Origin: a virus
Lineage: Duplodnaviria > Caudoviricetes
DNA length: 64,000 nt
Reading direction: 5' to 3' (one strand)
IMG/VR virus record: IMGVR_UViG_3300027533_000667
Span: 1 to 64,000 of that record
Part shown: one piece after another, positions 36,066-45,926 of the stretch
Position numbering within the stretch: the first letter of the stretch is position 1
Layout: every line of letters begins with the position of its first letter
Notes under the pieces: model-generated
The model's input: only the letters and a program-made list of their open reading frames with translations
The model's database searches: none
Told to the model about the DNA's origin: nothing
Position numbers and translations under genes: made by a program

Positions 36066-36635
36066 ATGAAACTGAAACTAATCAAACAAATTGTCTCTGG
36101 CCGGAAGATGAAGTACATCTCGTTGTTGTCACAACGAAATCAGGAACGCACCGCCTTAATATCTCGCAAGAAGCGGCTAGATTCTTCCCTTCAGGCTCAA
36201 GAAATCCTGCAGCGACTGGCAAAGAACGTCCAGCAACAGGCACACAAGCAAATAGCTAGTGTGGTGACTAAATGCCTTAGGGCGATCTTCCCTGATCCCT
36301 ACACGTTCAAAATCATCTTCGAGCGTAAGCGCGGGAAGACAGAAGCTAATCTAGTTCTGTATCGAGATGGGTTGTTGCTAGAAGACCCGCTTAATGAAAC
36401 TAGCGGAGGGGTGGTAGATGTAGCTGCGTTTGCTTTGAGACTTGCTTGTTTGATATTCGCCAAACCGGCGAAGAGAAGATTACTCTGCCTCGATGAACCG
36501 TTCAAGATGGTTGATGCAGATAACGCAGCCAGAATCGGTGATTTGCTTATGTCATTGTCGGAAGAATTGAAACTGCAAATTATCCTTGTCACTCACAACG
36601 AGAACTTGCAAATAGGAAAGGTAATCCAACTATAA
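36066..36635 (+). CDS. SbcC/Rad50 C-terminal half (signature, Walker B, H-loop)
   Basis: ETSGGVVDVAAFALRLA, LLCLDEPFKMVD, IILVTHN. Confidence 0.85.
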   Translation: MKLKLIKQIVSGRKMKYISLLSQRNQERTALISRKKRLDSSLQAQEILQRLAKNVQQQAHKQIASVVTKCLRAIFPDPYTFKIIFERKRGKTEANLVLYRDGLLLEDPLNETSGGVVDVAAFALRLACLIFAKPAKRRLLCLDEPFKMVDADNAARIGDLLMSLSEELKLQIILVTHNENLQIGKVIQL

Positions 36636-36646
36636 TCATTCAATCC

Positions 36647-36677
36647 AAGCACGGCCGACCGGCCGCTTTCTTTTCTT
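36647..36677 (+). terminator. Probable terminator at the convergence of the two transcription blocks
   Basis: AAGC(AC)GGCC-gacc-GGCCGCTT followed by TCTTTTCTT. Confidence 0.4.
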
Positions 36678-36678
36678 G

Positions 36679-36882
36679 TCAGTGGCGCTTCGCGGCGGCA
36701 ACTTCGGAGAATGTCATTTTCTTTTTGCCTTTGCCGCACCATCGTTGCCAATGGAATTCGATGTGACGGATCGAGCAATAAGGACACCCTTCAACTGGCG
36801 TCTTGTCGCATCGATGTCCACAAGGCAGTATCATTCCGTTATAACGCCCGTGTATGTTCCGGAACTCACGGCCGCGCAACAC
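36679..36882 (-). CDS. Small Cys/His-rich protein
   Basis: LPCGHRCD...CPYCSIRH. Confidence 0.45.
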   Translation of the reverse strand: MLRGREFRNIHGRYNGMILPCGHRCDKTPVEGCPYCSIRHIEFHWQRWCGKGKKKMTFSEVAAAKRH

Positions 36883-37373
36883 AAAGGGGCCGAGTTGATA
36901 TTTGAGCTAAAAAACACTGAACTAGAATACGTCACTGAAAACGGTAGCGAACAAGTTCCCGTGGTTGAAGTGCCAGCTCCATGCCCAACCATAAAGCACG
37001 TGCCACCGTCGCCGGAAATTCCATCTTCTAAATCCCAAGTAGCATCAAACGTCTGATTGCAATAGAACCTCACTACCCAAGTTTGGTCAGTACAAACGGT
37101 TGCCGAACCCTTCCAATATCCAGGTCCCCATAACGGACCAGAATCGACGATCCAAGTCAAAGTTACAACGGTGCCATCGAAACACGTACATGATCCGCTG
37201 ACATGAGTCAGCGTAAGATACAGAGTTTCCGGAATCGCAATCGAGCTGCAACAATCAGTGATGATGCCGCCAGATGGACAGCAGCATGGCATCCAACCGA
37301 AAGCAATCAATACTACAGAAAGAAACGACAATAGTAATGTTGAAATTAAGGACATTCTACTTGGATAATCCAA
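36831..37373 (-). CDS. Cys-rich tail-end protein (PCCC motif)
   Basis: WMPCCCP...DCCS...CTCF...C...C...PLCC; last long gene of the tail module. Confidence 0.65.
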   Translation of the reverse strand: MDYPSRMSLISTLLLSFLSVVLIAFGWMPCCCPSGGIITDCCSSIAIPETLYLTLTHVSGSCTCFDGTVVTLTWIVDSGPLWGPGYWKGSATVCTDQTWVVRFYCNQTFDATWDLEDGISGDGGTCFMVGHGAGTSTTGTCSLPFSVTYSSSVFFSSNINSAPLCCAAVSSGTYTGVITE

Positions 37374-37984
37374 TATTTGTCATTGGTAGGATCATAGCTG
37401 GCCAATCCAGTGTTTCCGCTTGCTCCAAAAAATATATAGTTCGTACTTGCCGGTATATTATAAACAGTGATAGTAGAGCCAGGACTCGGACCATCCCAAT
37501 AACCGCCTACTGTACAACTAGCCTTGCTGGCATCAGTAACAACTAGAGCACTAGGTAGTGTGAACATAACAAATCTTGCCTTGCTTCTACTACCATCGTC
37601 TATAAATCCTCTAGGTAATTTGTCCTTGAATCCAAGTATGGAGCATTCGTAGTTTTGATCCACGCCTAGTTTGCTTCCATTGTACCCTTTTACTTTCAGC
37701 GCATCATCATCGTTGTCAGCATCTTTGGTTACTTCAAAGTCACATTCGAGATCAGGATCGCCTGTATCATTGCCAGGATGGAAACCTTTAGTTATGAACA
37801 CCGCATTATAATAACCATCAGCATCAGGCGTACCATCTATGACCCTGACAATGGTTTTTACCAAACCAGCAGGCGCGGTTGGCTGAGGCGTATGTCTGCC
37901 TTCAGACTTTGTGTTAGCTTCTGTTGCCCTTATGCTAGCACAAAGTCTGTCGAAATCGTCATTGGATAGATTGATTAAGGACAT
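37346..37984 (-). CDS. Putative tail protein
   Basis: Position downstream of the tape measure; beta-rich. Confidence 0.6.
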   Translation of the reverse strand: MSLINLSNDDFDRLCASIRATEANTKSEGRHTPQPTAPAGLVKTIVRVIDGTPDADGYYNAVFITKGFHPGNDTGDPDLECDFEVTKDADNDDDALKVKGYNGSKLGVDQNYECSILGFKDKLPRGFIDDGSRSKARFVMFTLPSALVVTDASKASCTVGGYWDGPSPGSTITVYNIPASTNYIFFGASGNTGLASYDPTNDKYWIIQVECP

Positions 37985-38485
37985 TTAGAATGGCTGCTCA
38001 TTGACCGTGAGTTGAACCAACAACCCCTTACCATCTGGAGCAGATACAGTAATGTTGGCTTCAAGCCAATCACCAGCCACATAGTTAGGAGATGCAATAC
38101 CAGCAGAAATGTCATCGAAATCCGTACCACCTGTGCCTGGTGTGGAATTCAATGTAATTGTGGCGCTTAGTACAGTAGCTCCGTTCTTCAGCAGATCAAT
38201 CGTCACAGTGCCAGTGCTATTGCTATCACTCAACCCACAAGTGAAGTCCTCAATAGTGCCAGCAGCAAGCGCCCTTCTAAGAGCAATTCGTTTTGCTGCT
38301 GGTGAAGAAGCGCGGGCCTCCGCATATGGAATAGTATGCTGTTGTACTGACTTGTCTGGTTCAAACGGATCGGCTGCATCCGCCGATGCATTACCTACAG
38401 AACCAGCAGGAAGGCTCGTCTGGTCGAATATCCAATTACCTCTAGCATTGAAATTCTCGCCAGGCGTTCCTAATGATTGCGACAC
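37985..38485 (-). CDS. Putative tail/virion beta-sandwich protein
   Basis: VTIDLLKNGATVL...GDWLEANIT pattern. Confidence 0.6.
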   Translation of the reverse strand: MSQSLGTPGENFNARGNWIFDQTSLPAGSVGNASADAADPFEPDKSVQQHTIPYAEARASSPAAKRIALRRALAAGTIEDFTCGLSDSNSTGTVTIDLLKNGATVLSATITLNSTPGTGGTDFDDISAGIASPNYVAGDWLEANITVSAPDGKGLLVQLTVNEQPF

Positions 38486-38495
38486 GACTTGCTCC

Positions 38496-39506
38496 TTATA
38501 GCAGACCTTCTAAATTGAGCGGCTTGAAAGGCTGCTCAAGATGAGTTTTGAACGTCAGCCACGTCGGCAAAACTTTACCAGTAACCAGATCGGGTTTTGC
38601 TTCTTTGCCAGCGCCGTCCAAACAAACCGGCTGGGATATCGGCTGTCCCATTTTGTTGTAGATCGGCACCAACACCATTTTAGGAATAGGAATTGCAGGA
38701 CCGGCAGCCCCAAAGAAAAACTTCAACCGCAACTCGTTAAGACCAGCATCTAGGAACCGCGGCTGCCAAGTTCTCAATACAAGATTACCAGGCAAGTTCT
38801 TCCAATGAGTGATGAATCTAATCTTGTATGTAATTCGCCAATACTCATATGGACCCTTGTATATCTTCTTGGCTTTCCAAGGATACATCAAGCATTGACC
38901 CGGCTTCTTGCCTCTGAAATCATCCTTGTTGACAGCAAACTGATACTCTTCTGCTTTGTCGTTATCGTATTGCAACTCATTGCGAGATATCATAGCAACA
39001 CGAAAGCCGACTTCAAACGTAGGTGCTGGAGTAAACGGTTGTTGTGCAGAATTCAGGAAAGCTTTGCCTTCCGAATCATACTGCAAAGCCATCCGTATCA
39101 CTTCACTATCCCATTCAACATCTGGCGGATCGGACTCTGGTTTGTCACTGTGTCCTGGTTTGTTAGCAGAGCCAGGTCGCGGTCCGCCTGGCGGAACTTT
39201 GGTAGAATAAAAACAAATCACAATCCAAGATTGCCAATCATCCTTGACCTCCATGTCTGCCGATATTCTCAACAACAAAGCCAACGGATCAACTATAAAT
39301 CCATCAGCCCGCTGCATTGGTGAATATGGTCGTGGGATGCCTGGACCAAATCCAACAGTCACCTGATCCACCAACGGCGAATTAACCATCATGCGGAACT
39401 TACGAACGTACTCACGCTTGGCATCACCACCAGTATCATCGAATGGTGTGCCTGGACGTTCATCAAACAATTCTTCGGTCGCTCTCCACCAATCAGGTGC
39501 TGACAT
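38496..39506 (-). CDS. Putative distal tail/hub protein
   Basis: Directly after the tape measure; REYVRKF, NSAQQPF, VNKDDFRG. Confidence 0.55.
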   Translation of the reverse strand: MSAPDWWRATEELFDERPGTPFDDTGGDAKREYVRKFRMMVNSPLVDQVTVGFGPGIPRPYSPMQRADGFIVDPLALLLRISADMEVKDDWQSWIVICFYSTKVPPGGPRPGSANKPGHSDKPESDPPDVEWDSEVIRMALQYDSEGKAFLNSAQQPFTPAPTFEVGFRVAMISRNELQYDNDKAEEYQFAVNKDDFRGKKPGQCLMYPWKAKKIYKGPYEYWRITYKIRFITHWKNLPGNLVLRTWQPRFLDAGLNELRLKFFFGAAGPAIPIPKMVLVPIYNKMGQPISQPVCLDGAGKEAKPDLVTGKVLPTWLTFKTHLEQPFKPLNLEGLL

Positions 39507-42163
39507 TATTTAATCGCCTGCGGGTTTTGTAATGCTTTCAAAGCTTCAACTATCTCAGCATTTCGTTCAGCTATCTGCTGATGATATGTGTTTGCTTGTT
39601 CCAGCACAGATCGCACCTGCTCCAAAACAGACAACTGCGCATCACTGGATCGATTGATTGCATCCATTGCCTCAGACGATCCAAATTCCATCGCAGGTGT
39701 CAAACGCTCAGATACTTTAGGCAGTGATCTTTCTAATTCCTTGAACTGGATAAGATTGGCTTGATCTCTGAATCCTTGCACAGCTTGGAATACACCAGGC
39801 AGTATGGCTCCCATCAAGCTGCTGATTTGTCCTGCCCCAAAAGAACTCCATCTAGCAGCTTTAGGAACAGAAAAATTAGAATCAGTAGATAGGGCAGGCC
39901 CACTCAGCGTATACTCTGGCCCCCTTGGGATCATCCCCCTCATGTAGCCAGACAAAGCTTCCGGAAACATTCCGATTGGACTGCCAACCCCGAATGCCTT
40001 AGGAAATGCCCTCTCGGTCATTCCCATTCCATACTGATAAGCAGCATATGGGGACGGGGTGCGTCCACCGAAGCTTCTTGACTGTCGTTCCATCTGCTCT
40101 CTAAACCGCACTACATCTTCATCTTCTTTGCCAAGGCCAGGATAATCGCCTAGTGCAATTTCAGGCGTCACCGATGTTTCACCACCCCAAATGGATCGGA
40201 CCATCGAGTCATAAATTGATTTTCCCTTCCTGAAATTCCTGCCACGATTTCTCTGTCCTTGCTCTATATCAAAAGCCCTTTCATTTGCCTCTCGCATCTC
40301 GAAATATGACTTTCTCACATGTGGAGGGACGGCAAGTCCGAGATTACCTAAAGCTACAGCTGCGGCTGGATTCACTATTCTGAATGCTTTAGCAGCTAAG
40401 CTGACCGCCTCTGGGATTGCCAATATCGCTTCTTTCATCATGTCAAACAAAGTGACAGTTGTTATAGCAAATTCCCTAATCTCCCCCTGCAGTTCTTCAA
40501 ACTTAGGAGTAGCGTCACTTATGCGGCTAAAAGCATCGGTGGCAGAATCTCGAATTAAATGGAGTGTGGTGATAAATGGATCGGCGGCGTTTGTTGCCCT
40601 TTCAAGCCAATCCAAAAAGGCATCGAGTCTCGGCTTCTGAGCATCAAGAACATCACCTAAATCCTTGATACCGCCACTAACTCCAAGCTGCCCCATGCCC
40701 TTCTCACCGAATTCTCCTAGCGCTATGCCTCCCCTAGCCATTAGATTCTTCCACTGACCCGATATAGTGTCTTCCATCAATCCTTTTGAAGCGCCAAAGA
40801 ATCGACCTACGGGATTGGTGAGTGCGTTGATTGCTCCCGTAACCAGATTAGGACTGGCACCGCCACCACGCATCAACTCACGCAACTCAGCAGTGGACAT
40901 ACCACCAGCACCAGCAATGTCTTTAACACCTACACCAAGTTCAGCAAGCTGTCTTGCTTCTTGTCCTAGCAACCTTCCGTGAGTCAACACCTGGCCATAA
41001 GCCAACGACAGTCGCCTTAGTTTGTCTGGATTGCCTACAGCAAGATCGCCAAGCCTAGACAACATATTTGGAATCTGCTCGGACTTGACACCATATCCGA
41101 GCAGAACTTGAGCATTGGAAGACAGCCCCTCCAACCCGTAAGGGGTGGTCGTAGACATCGCCTTTAGCTGACCGAATAGTTGCGACCCCTTTGCTTTGTC
41201 GCCAGTAAGAATGCCGTACATCACAACAGACTTCTGGAATTCCACACCTAGATGCACAGCAGCTTCGCCAGCCTCCATAATGGCTTTTGCGAGCATATGG
41301 AAGGCGCTTATGCCTACATCCTTCACCTTGTCGATAACACTCGACACGATGTTGAATCCAGCACCAACAGCAACACCAGCACCAGCGCCTGCTAACCCAC
41401 CAGCAGGTCCGCCAATAGCAGAACCTAAGTATCCACCAGCAGCGCCAAATTGGGAAGCAGCTTGTCCACCAAAAAACCTTCCGCCAACTCCACCAAGAAT
41501 AGCACTGATGATATTACTACCCCATGCACTACTAGCAAATGAGCCTCCGCCGCCGACTGCACCGCCTCCTCTACCTCGACCCGATCCCACCATATCAGCA
41601 GTAGCGCGAATCATTCGCCTATCTAACTCATACTGCCTGCCGAACACATCTGGTCGATATTGATCAGGCAGTCCTGGAATGTGCATGGATGAAGCGGACT
41701 GAATTGGTGGAAGAGGCGGCAGCAGTCCTCTTTGACGCAAATCCTGCAATATAAAAGGAGCAGCGCCTCGAAACGTATTTGGTCTAAAATTTTCAGGCAA
41801 TCCTGGAACGTGCATGGGCGATGCAGATGCTCCAGGCGGGATCAATCCAAAATACTGCATCTGCCGTACCAAATTAGGATCAGCACCCCTCCAATCTCCT
41901 GCCAACCCCATAGATACTTTGAGTCCCTGCATCGCAACTTTGGTTGCGGTCCTTTCGTATTGCGCTTCAAATTGCAATAGCGCACGATTAGCAGCATCTA
42001 ATGCTGTGTAATTGACCTTTATGTCGATAGGGCTTCTAGCTGTTGTCAACAAATGCGCAACACGAGCCTCGAAAGCTTTTGTAGCTCTCTCAGCCCGTTC
42101 CATTCCAGTAACCCATTCCGTAGAGTGCGCTATCAGCCGCTGCTCGATGGGTTCAATGTTCAT
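39506..42163 (-). CDS. Tail tape measure protein
   Basis: 885 aa, Ala/Gly-rich; TTPYGLEGL...RLGDLA...LAYGQV...GRLLGQEARQLAELG tape-measure domain; follows the chaperones. Confidence 0.9.
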   Translation of the reverse strand: MNIEPIEQRLIAHSTEWVTGMERAERATKAFEARVAHLLTTARSPIDIKVNYTALDAANRALLQFEAQYERTATKVAMQGLKVSMGLAGDWRGADPNLVRQMQYFGLIPPGASASPMHVPGLPENFRPNTFRGAAPFILQDLRQRGLLPPLPPIQSASSMHIPGLPDQYRPDVFGRQYELDRRMIRATADMVGSGRGRGGGAVGGGGSFASSAWGSNIISAILGGVGGRFFGGQAASQFGAAGGYLGSAIGGPAGGLAGAGAGVAVGAGFNIVSSVIDKVKDVGISAFHMLAKAIMEAGEAAVHLGVEFQKSVVMYGILTGDKAKGSQLFGQLKAMSTTTPYGLEGLSSNAQVLLGYGVKSEQIPNMLSRLGDLAVGNPDKLRRLSLAYGQVLTHGRLLGQEARQLAELGVGVKDIAGAGGMSTAELRELMRGGGASPNLVTGAINALTNPVGRFFGASKGLMEDTISGQWKNLMARGGIALGEFGEKGMGQLGVSGGIKDLGDVLDAQKPRLDAFLDWLERATNAADPFITTLHLIRDSATDAFSRISDATPKFEELQGEIREFAITTVTLFDMMKEAILAIPEAVSLAAKAFRIVNPAAAVALGNLGLAVPPHVRKSYFEMREANERAFDIEQGQRNRGRNFRKGKSIYDSMVRSIWGGETSVTPEIALGDYPGLGKEDEDVVRFREQMERQSRSFGGRTPSPYAAYQYGMGMTERAFPKAFGVGSPIGMFPEALSGYMRGMIPRGPEYTLSGPALSTDSNFSVPKAARWSSFGAGQISSLMGAILPGVFQAVQGFRDQANLIQFKELERSLPKVSERLTPAMEFGSSEAMDAINRSSDAQLSVLEQVRSVLEQANTYHQQIAERNAEIVEALKALQNPQAIK

Positions 42164-42614
42164 TTTTTCTTCCTACCGTTATCAAGACTTCGCTTAGGAA
42201 TATACATCTTGGAAGTCCGATGACCGTCCACTTTCGGAATATGCCCAAACAAAGCAAAAGCGCCTTTGATCTTATCCAATCGCTGATTGAACTCAATCCT
42301 TGCTTTCGGAAGCGACTTAGGACCACCAGGTTTCTGCTCAACCTTTTCAGGTACGACTTCCTTGAACTTAAGCAGAAAATCCTTGATGGTCACATTGTGT
42401 TTTTGCTTGCTAAACATCCGAAGTGGCAGGCGGAATATTTCAAAAGCGATCTGAGCTAGATAGTGGCAAATCAAATCCGGCTCATTCCATTTCTGCCGAA
42501 AATGCTCTATCCACCGAATGAACTCTGTTTCGGGAATAGAGCTCTTTGCCTCACTCTCTGTCAGTCCGAGTCTTTCGCAGAGGATGAGCCAGAGTTTTTC
42601 TTCCCCCCTGACCC
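42160..42614 (-). CDS. Tail assembly chaperone gpT-like extension, read after a -1 frameshift
   Basis: The -1 frame is open from the slippery site: RVRGEEKLWLILCERLGLTESEAKSSIPETEFIRWIEHF... Confidence 0.8.
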
Positions 42615-43031
42615 TTTTTTTTCCTGATCCTCTGCCTTCTCAGTCATGGCATTTAGTTCCAAGCAGATCAAAAACAAATCCTGCTTGATAGTCACCGGCC
42701 AAGGACGAATAGTTTCCAGCTTGACTTGCTTGCCTTCTGGATCGTGAAGACATTGGGATATCAAAGATTCCTGAAAGTCGCGAAGATCGTGAAGATATCG
42801 ATTGCCTGCTTCATCATACTGATACCGCTTGTTGTTTTTCATCTGCCATTCCGACCGATTAGGTCCAACAAACTCACGTATCGTATGCACGCCGAGGTCT
42901 GTCCCATCTTCGTCGTACAAATGAATCTTGCGGTGCTTCCTGACCAGTTTGACTACAAGAACTTCGTCTGGCGGAGGATCGGGCTGTTCAACCTCTGCCT
43001 CTACCTCAGCAACTTCTTCTTTGTCACTCAT
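42561..43031 (-). CDS. Tail assembly chaperone gpG-like
   Basis: Between tail tube and tape measure; slippery run near the 3' end. Confidence 0.85.
   Translation of the reverse strand: MSDKEEVAEVEAEVEQPDPPPDEVLVVKLVRKHRKIHLYDEDGTDLGVHTIREFVGPNRSEWQMKNNKRYQYDEAGNRYLHDLRDFQESLISQCLHDPEGKQVKLETIRPWPVTIKQDLFLICLELNAMTEKAEDQEKKGSGGKKNSGSSSAKDSD
42615..42621 (-). other. -1 programmed ribosomal frameshift site A AAA AAA
   Basis: Minus strand reads GAA AAA AAA GGG; -1 frame continues into the 42160 ORF. Confidence 0.75.
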
Positions 43032-43057
43032 TTTGCTTCTCCAAAAAGAAAGGGCAA

Positions 43058-43504
43058 TTATGGGGCAGCACGGAACACTGGATCGACTTCAACATCACTG
43101 TTGTTGATTCCGGTGAATATAACAACCAACGTAGCATTAGCTTCTTCCATCTCTTTCTCGGAGTATGTGCTGCTGCTCCAATCGTTGACATACATCCACA
43201 TATCCGTTTCTGCATCATCAGCATATTTGATGGTGAATAGCTGATTGTGATTTATCAAAGCATACATGCCGGTGGTCGGGTCGAAGATGTCTGTTTTGTA
43301 AGCACCGATCAAAGTCATAGGACCGATGGCTTTGAGTTTCTTCGGTGTCGCTCTGCGAAAGCCTACTGTGCCCATCCACGATCTGTCCAGCGGACCACCA
43401 CCAGTAACAGCAGGAACAGTCACATCCTTGATGTAGAAAGCAAAGTTGGGGAAATCCGCCATCGTAACCATGGCTGGAAATCCATCATACAGTCGATTGG
43501 CCAT
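43058..43504 (-). CDS. Major tail tube protein
   Basis: 148 aa; position; IKDVTVPAVTGG. Confidence 0.7.
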   Translation of the reverse strand: MANRLYDGFPAMVTMADFPNFAFYIKDVTVPAVTGGGPLDRSWMGTVGFRRATPKKLKAIGPMTLIGAYKTDIFDPTTGMYALINHNQLFTIKYADDAETDMWMYVNDWSSSTYSEKEMEEANATLVVIFTGINNSDVEVDPVFRAAP

Positions 43505-43531
43505 TACAGTTATCTCCTGCGAGAATTGGGG

Positions 43532-44143
43532 TTAGTTGATGTAAGTAACAGCAGTCACTTCACGCACGGCATCACTAGCGGCATGGCTTATGTATATCTT
43601 ACCCACTGTCTGTCCAGTGATGGGGTTTGTCACGCCACTCTGCACATCCCAAGCGTACATATCTCCAGCAGCAACTCTCTTAGCAAAAATCAACGTATTA
43701 TCTGCTTGGGTAAATGCAAACACAGCGTCGGCATTCGCTGGAGCGACTAAGAACAAACCTTGAGCATCAGTACCGACAAATGCAGGTCCGAAAGCTTCAG
43801 CGACCTTTGCTGTTATCTGAGTTAAATTTGCCGGCAGATTATCGCCTGTGCCGCCAGTGATCGGCACAGAATTAACGGACACCACCCCCACAATTACTCC
43901 AATCCTTGCACCGCCAGACCAAAACAAATCAATACGATTGGCGTCAACAATGCCGTGGCCCGCGGTCATTGTAAGTGTACCGACCGTATCACTAGTTCGC
44001 GTAGTCAACTGTCCGGTTTTAGCAGCAGTCGGTTCTACCACAATATCAATCATAGACTCGGCAGGAATCTTCTTTTGGATGGCTGGGTATTGCCGACCAT
44101 CCTTGGAAACGCTTTGATTGATAACCATCTGCTTAGTAGCCAT
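43532..44143 (-). CDS. Virion structural protein of unknown function
   Basis: Beta-rich; between the tail terminator and tube genes. Confidence 0.6.
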   Translation of the reverse strand: MATKQMVINQSVSKDGRQYPAIQKKIPAESMIDIVVEPTAAKTGQLTTRTSDTVGTLTMTAGHGIVDANRIDLFWSGGARIGVIVGVVSVNSVPITGGTGDNLPANLTQITAKVAEAFGPAFVGTDAQGLFLVAPANADAVFAFTQADNTLIFAKRVAAGDMYAWDVQSGVTNPITGQTVGKIYISHAASDAVREVTAVTYIN

Positions 44144-44144
44144 G

Positions 44145-44588
44145 CTATTCCCTCTTGAGTTTTACAAGCCAATTGATCGTAAACTGCTCACGCTTTCGTT
44201 CGTTCATTTCAGGCCCAATCCAAACCGGACCAGACGACAACTTCATATTCTTGATGTTGTAATCAATGGCATTGACTGTGAAGACTTGATTGATAACTCC
44301 TGCCATGGTGTCCCGCATTGTCTCGATCTTTAGCCAACCTAGATCGTAGTCTATGGTGGATCGCACCATAGCCATTATGCCAAACCATCGAGTTTGATAA
44401 AACGAAAGCTGCTTGAGTCTAAAGCCAATGATTGGAGAGGTATCGTACACCGTGACATATTTGTCTGGCGTGTCTGGCATTTTGCTGTGAGACAAACCCC
44501 ATCCAGTCACACCACCAGCCAAAGTCAGATTCTGCAAAGCAGTCTGAATTATAAAACATGCCGGCGATGGAATTAGCGATTGACTCAC
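44145..44588 (-). CDS. Tail terminator/minor capsid-type joining protein
   Basis: Position and size; MPDTPDKYVTVYDT. Confidence 0.6.
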   Translation of the reverse strand: MSQSLIPSPACFIIQTALQNLTLAGGVTGWGLSHSKMPDTPDKYVTVYDTSPIIGFRLKQLSFYQTRWFGIMAMVRSTIDYDLGWLKIETMRDTMAGVINQVFTVNAIDYNIKNMKLSSGPVWIGPEMNERKREQFTINWLVKLKRE

Positions 44589-45068
44589 TTATCTTGCTCC
44601 AAAATTGAATCCACCACCAATGAACTTAGGACCAGATGAATGTATGAAAGAATCAAGATCGGCAGCTATCATGCTGCTTATATCAGGCATGGCTTCTCTG
44701 CTGGCTCGTTCTAACCATTTGTAGCAAGTTGGAGGTTTGTGCTGTTGTCTATCCGGCGGATTCTCATGGACATACACGGCGTATGGAGCAGACGCACCCC
44801 CATATTGAATTATGATTTCAATATCACTCATCATACTGAAAGAAGCAATGCTTTGACCTTTAAGTATATGCACAGATTTGCTTCTTACCAATTCCAAAGT
44901 ATCTTTTGGGCAATAGTGATCGCCCAGTTCGCCTATTAAATCAGCAGCTGTATTAACTAACTTAAAATACTCAACCGGCAGTTTCTGCCTAATATCGTGC
45001 AGCACGCCAATGGTGTTACGTACTTTCGTCTCAACGGAACGGTCCATTCCAAATACAATTCGTGCCAT
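44589..45068 (-). CDS. HK97 gp10-like neck protein
   Basis: CPKDTLELVRS...APYAVYVHE...YKWLE. Confidence 0.7.
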   Translation of the reverse strand: MARIVFGMDRSVETKVRNTIGVLHDIRQKLPVEYFKLVNTAADLIGELGDHYCPKDTLELVRSKSVHILKGQSIASFSMMSDIEIIIQYGGASAPYAVYVHENPPDRQQHKPPTCYKWLERASREAMPDISSMIAADLDSFIHSSGPKFIGGGFNFGAR

Positions 45069-45445
45069 TAGACATATGCCGTTCTAAGGAACTCTTCATC
45101 TTCCTGATGCATAGTAGGCAATTTATCAAATCGAATAATCACATGGGAATATTTGTTTTGAAGCGGATCATCCAAATCAAGCACATCTGCCTTTTTGCCT
45201 TTATGAACAATTCCATCTTCCTTCAAATCCACACCAACGTATATCTTCGATTTGGAAGTTATCTGAGTGCCTGTTTTAGTGACGAATAACTCCACAGAAT
45301 CTTCCCATCGGCAAGGCAAATCCACAGGGTCATCATATAACTGATCGCCTTGAGGGTCTGTGATTGGATTGCCTTCATCATCTTGAAGCGGAGCCCAATA
45401 GACCAACCATCCGCCTTCCAGCATATCTTCAAGAATTTGCATCAA
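45068..45445 (-). CDS. Head closure protein
   Basis: YWAP...YDDPVDLPCRWED; position. Confidence 0.65.
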   Translation of the reverse strand: MMQILEDMLEGGWLVYWAPLQDDEGNPITDPQGDQLYDDPVDLPCRWEDSVELFVTKTGTQITSKSKIYVGVDLKEDGIVHKGKKADVLDLDDPLQNKYSHVIIRFDKLPTMHQEDEEFLRTAYV

Positions 45446-45909
45446 TCACCGCCTCTGCCAGATCGACCGATGCCATATTGGTTGCCTAGGAAATGCACAC
45501 GCTTCTTTCCCTCTGCGTTAGCGCCTATAGGCAACTGTGTTTTCACAGTGAGTAGTGTATTGTTGTAGGCAGCCAATCTGCCTGACGTATCAAGAAGGAT
45601 GGCTTTCTGTCCATATTCAGTAACATGCAACAACAAAGCAACTTTACCTTCATACGTTACCTGCACTGAACCGACCGATTCCTGAATAGCCCGTCTGTAA
45701 GCAACAGCAACATAGTGAGCGGCAAGCCATCGTTCAATCAATTCCAACCGAACGTCCGTATGAAATGACACTGGTGGATCGCCCTTTGTGGCAGAAGCGC
45801 AAAGTTCAGTCACCAGTTCATTTGCCGGTTCTATGTAGGGATCAAGATCAATGGTTGACTTGATCTTGATGATCCCACGAACCAGCGGCTGGGTAGTTCT
45901 AAATGGCAT
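45442..45909 (-). CDS. Head-tail connector (DUF4054/gp15-like)
   Basis: LELIERWLAAHY...ESVGSVQVTY...TEYGQKA..LD. Confidence 0.75.
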   Translation of the reverse strand: MPFRTTQPLVRGIIKIKSTIDLDPYIEPANELVTELCASATKGDPPVSFHTDVRLELIERWLAAHYVAVAYRRAIQESVGSVQVTYEGKVALLLHVTEYGQKAILLDTSGRLAAYNNTLLTVKTQLPIGANAEGKKRVHFLGNQYGIGRSGRGGD

Positions 45910-45926
45910 TGCCGCTCACTAGATGG

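Noticed and set aside
35927-36259. 110-aa ORF overlapping the Rad50 C-half
   Set aside because: Only the N-terminal TM/coil part looks gene-like; the last 190 nt overlap the better-supported ABC half, so it was left unannotated.
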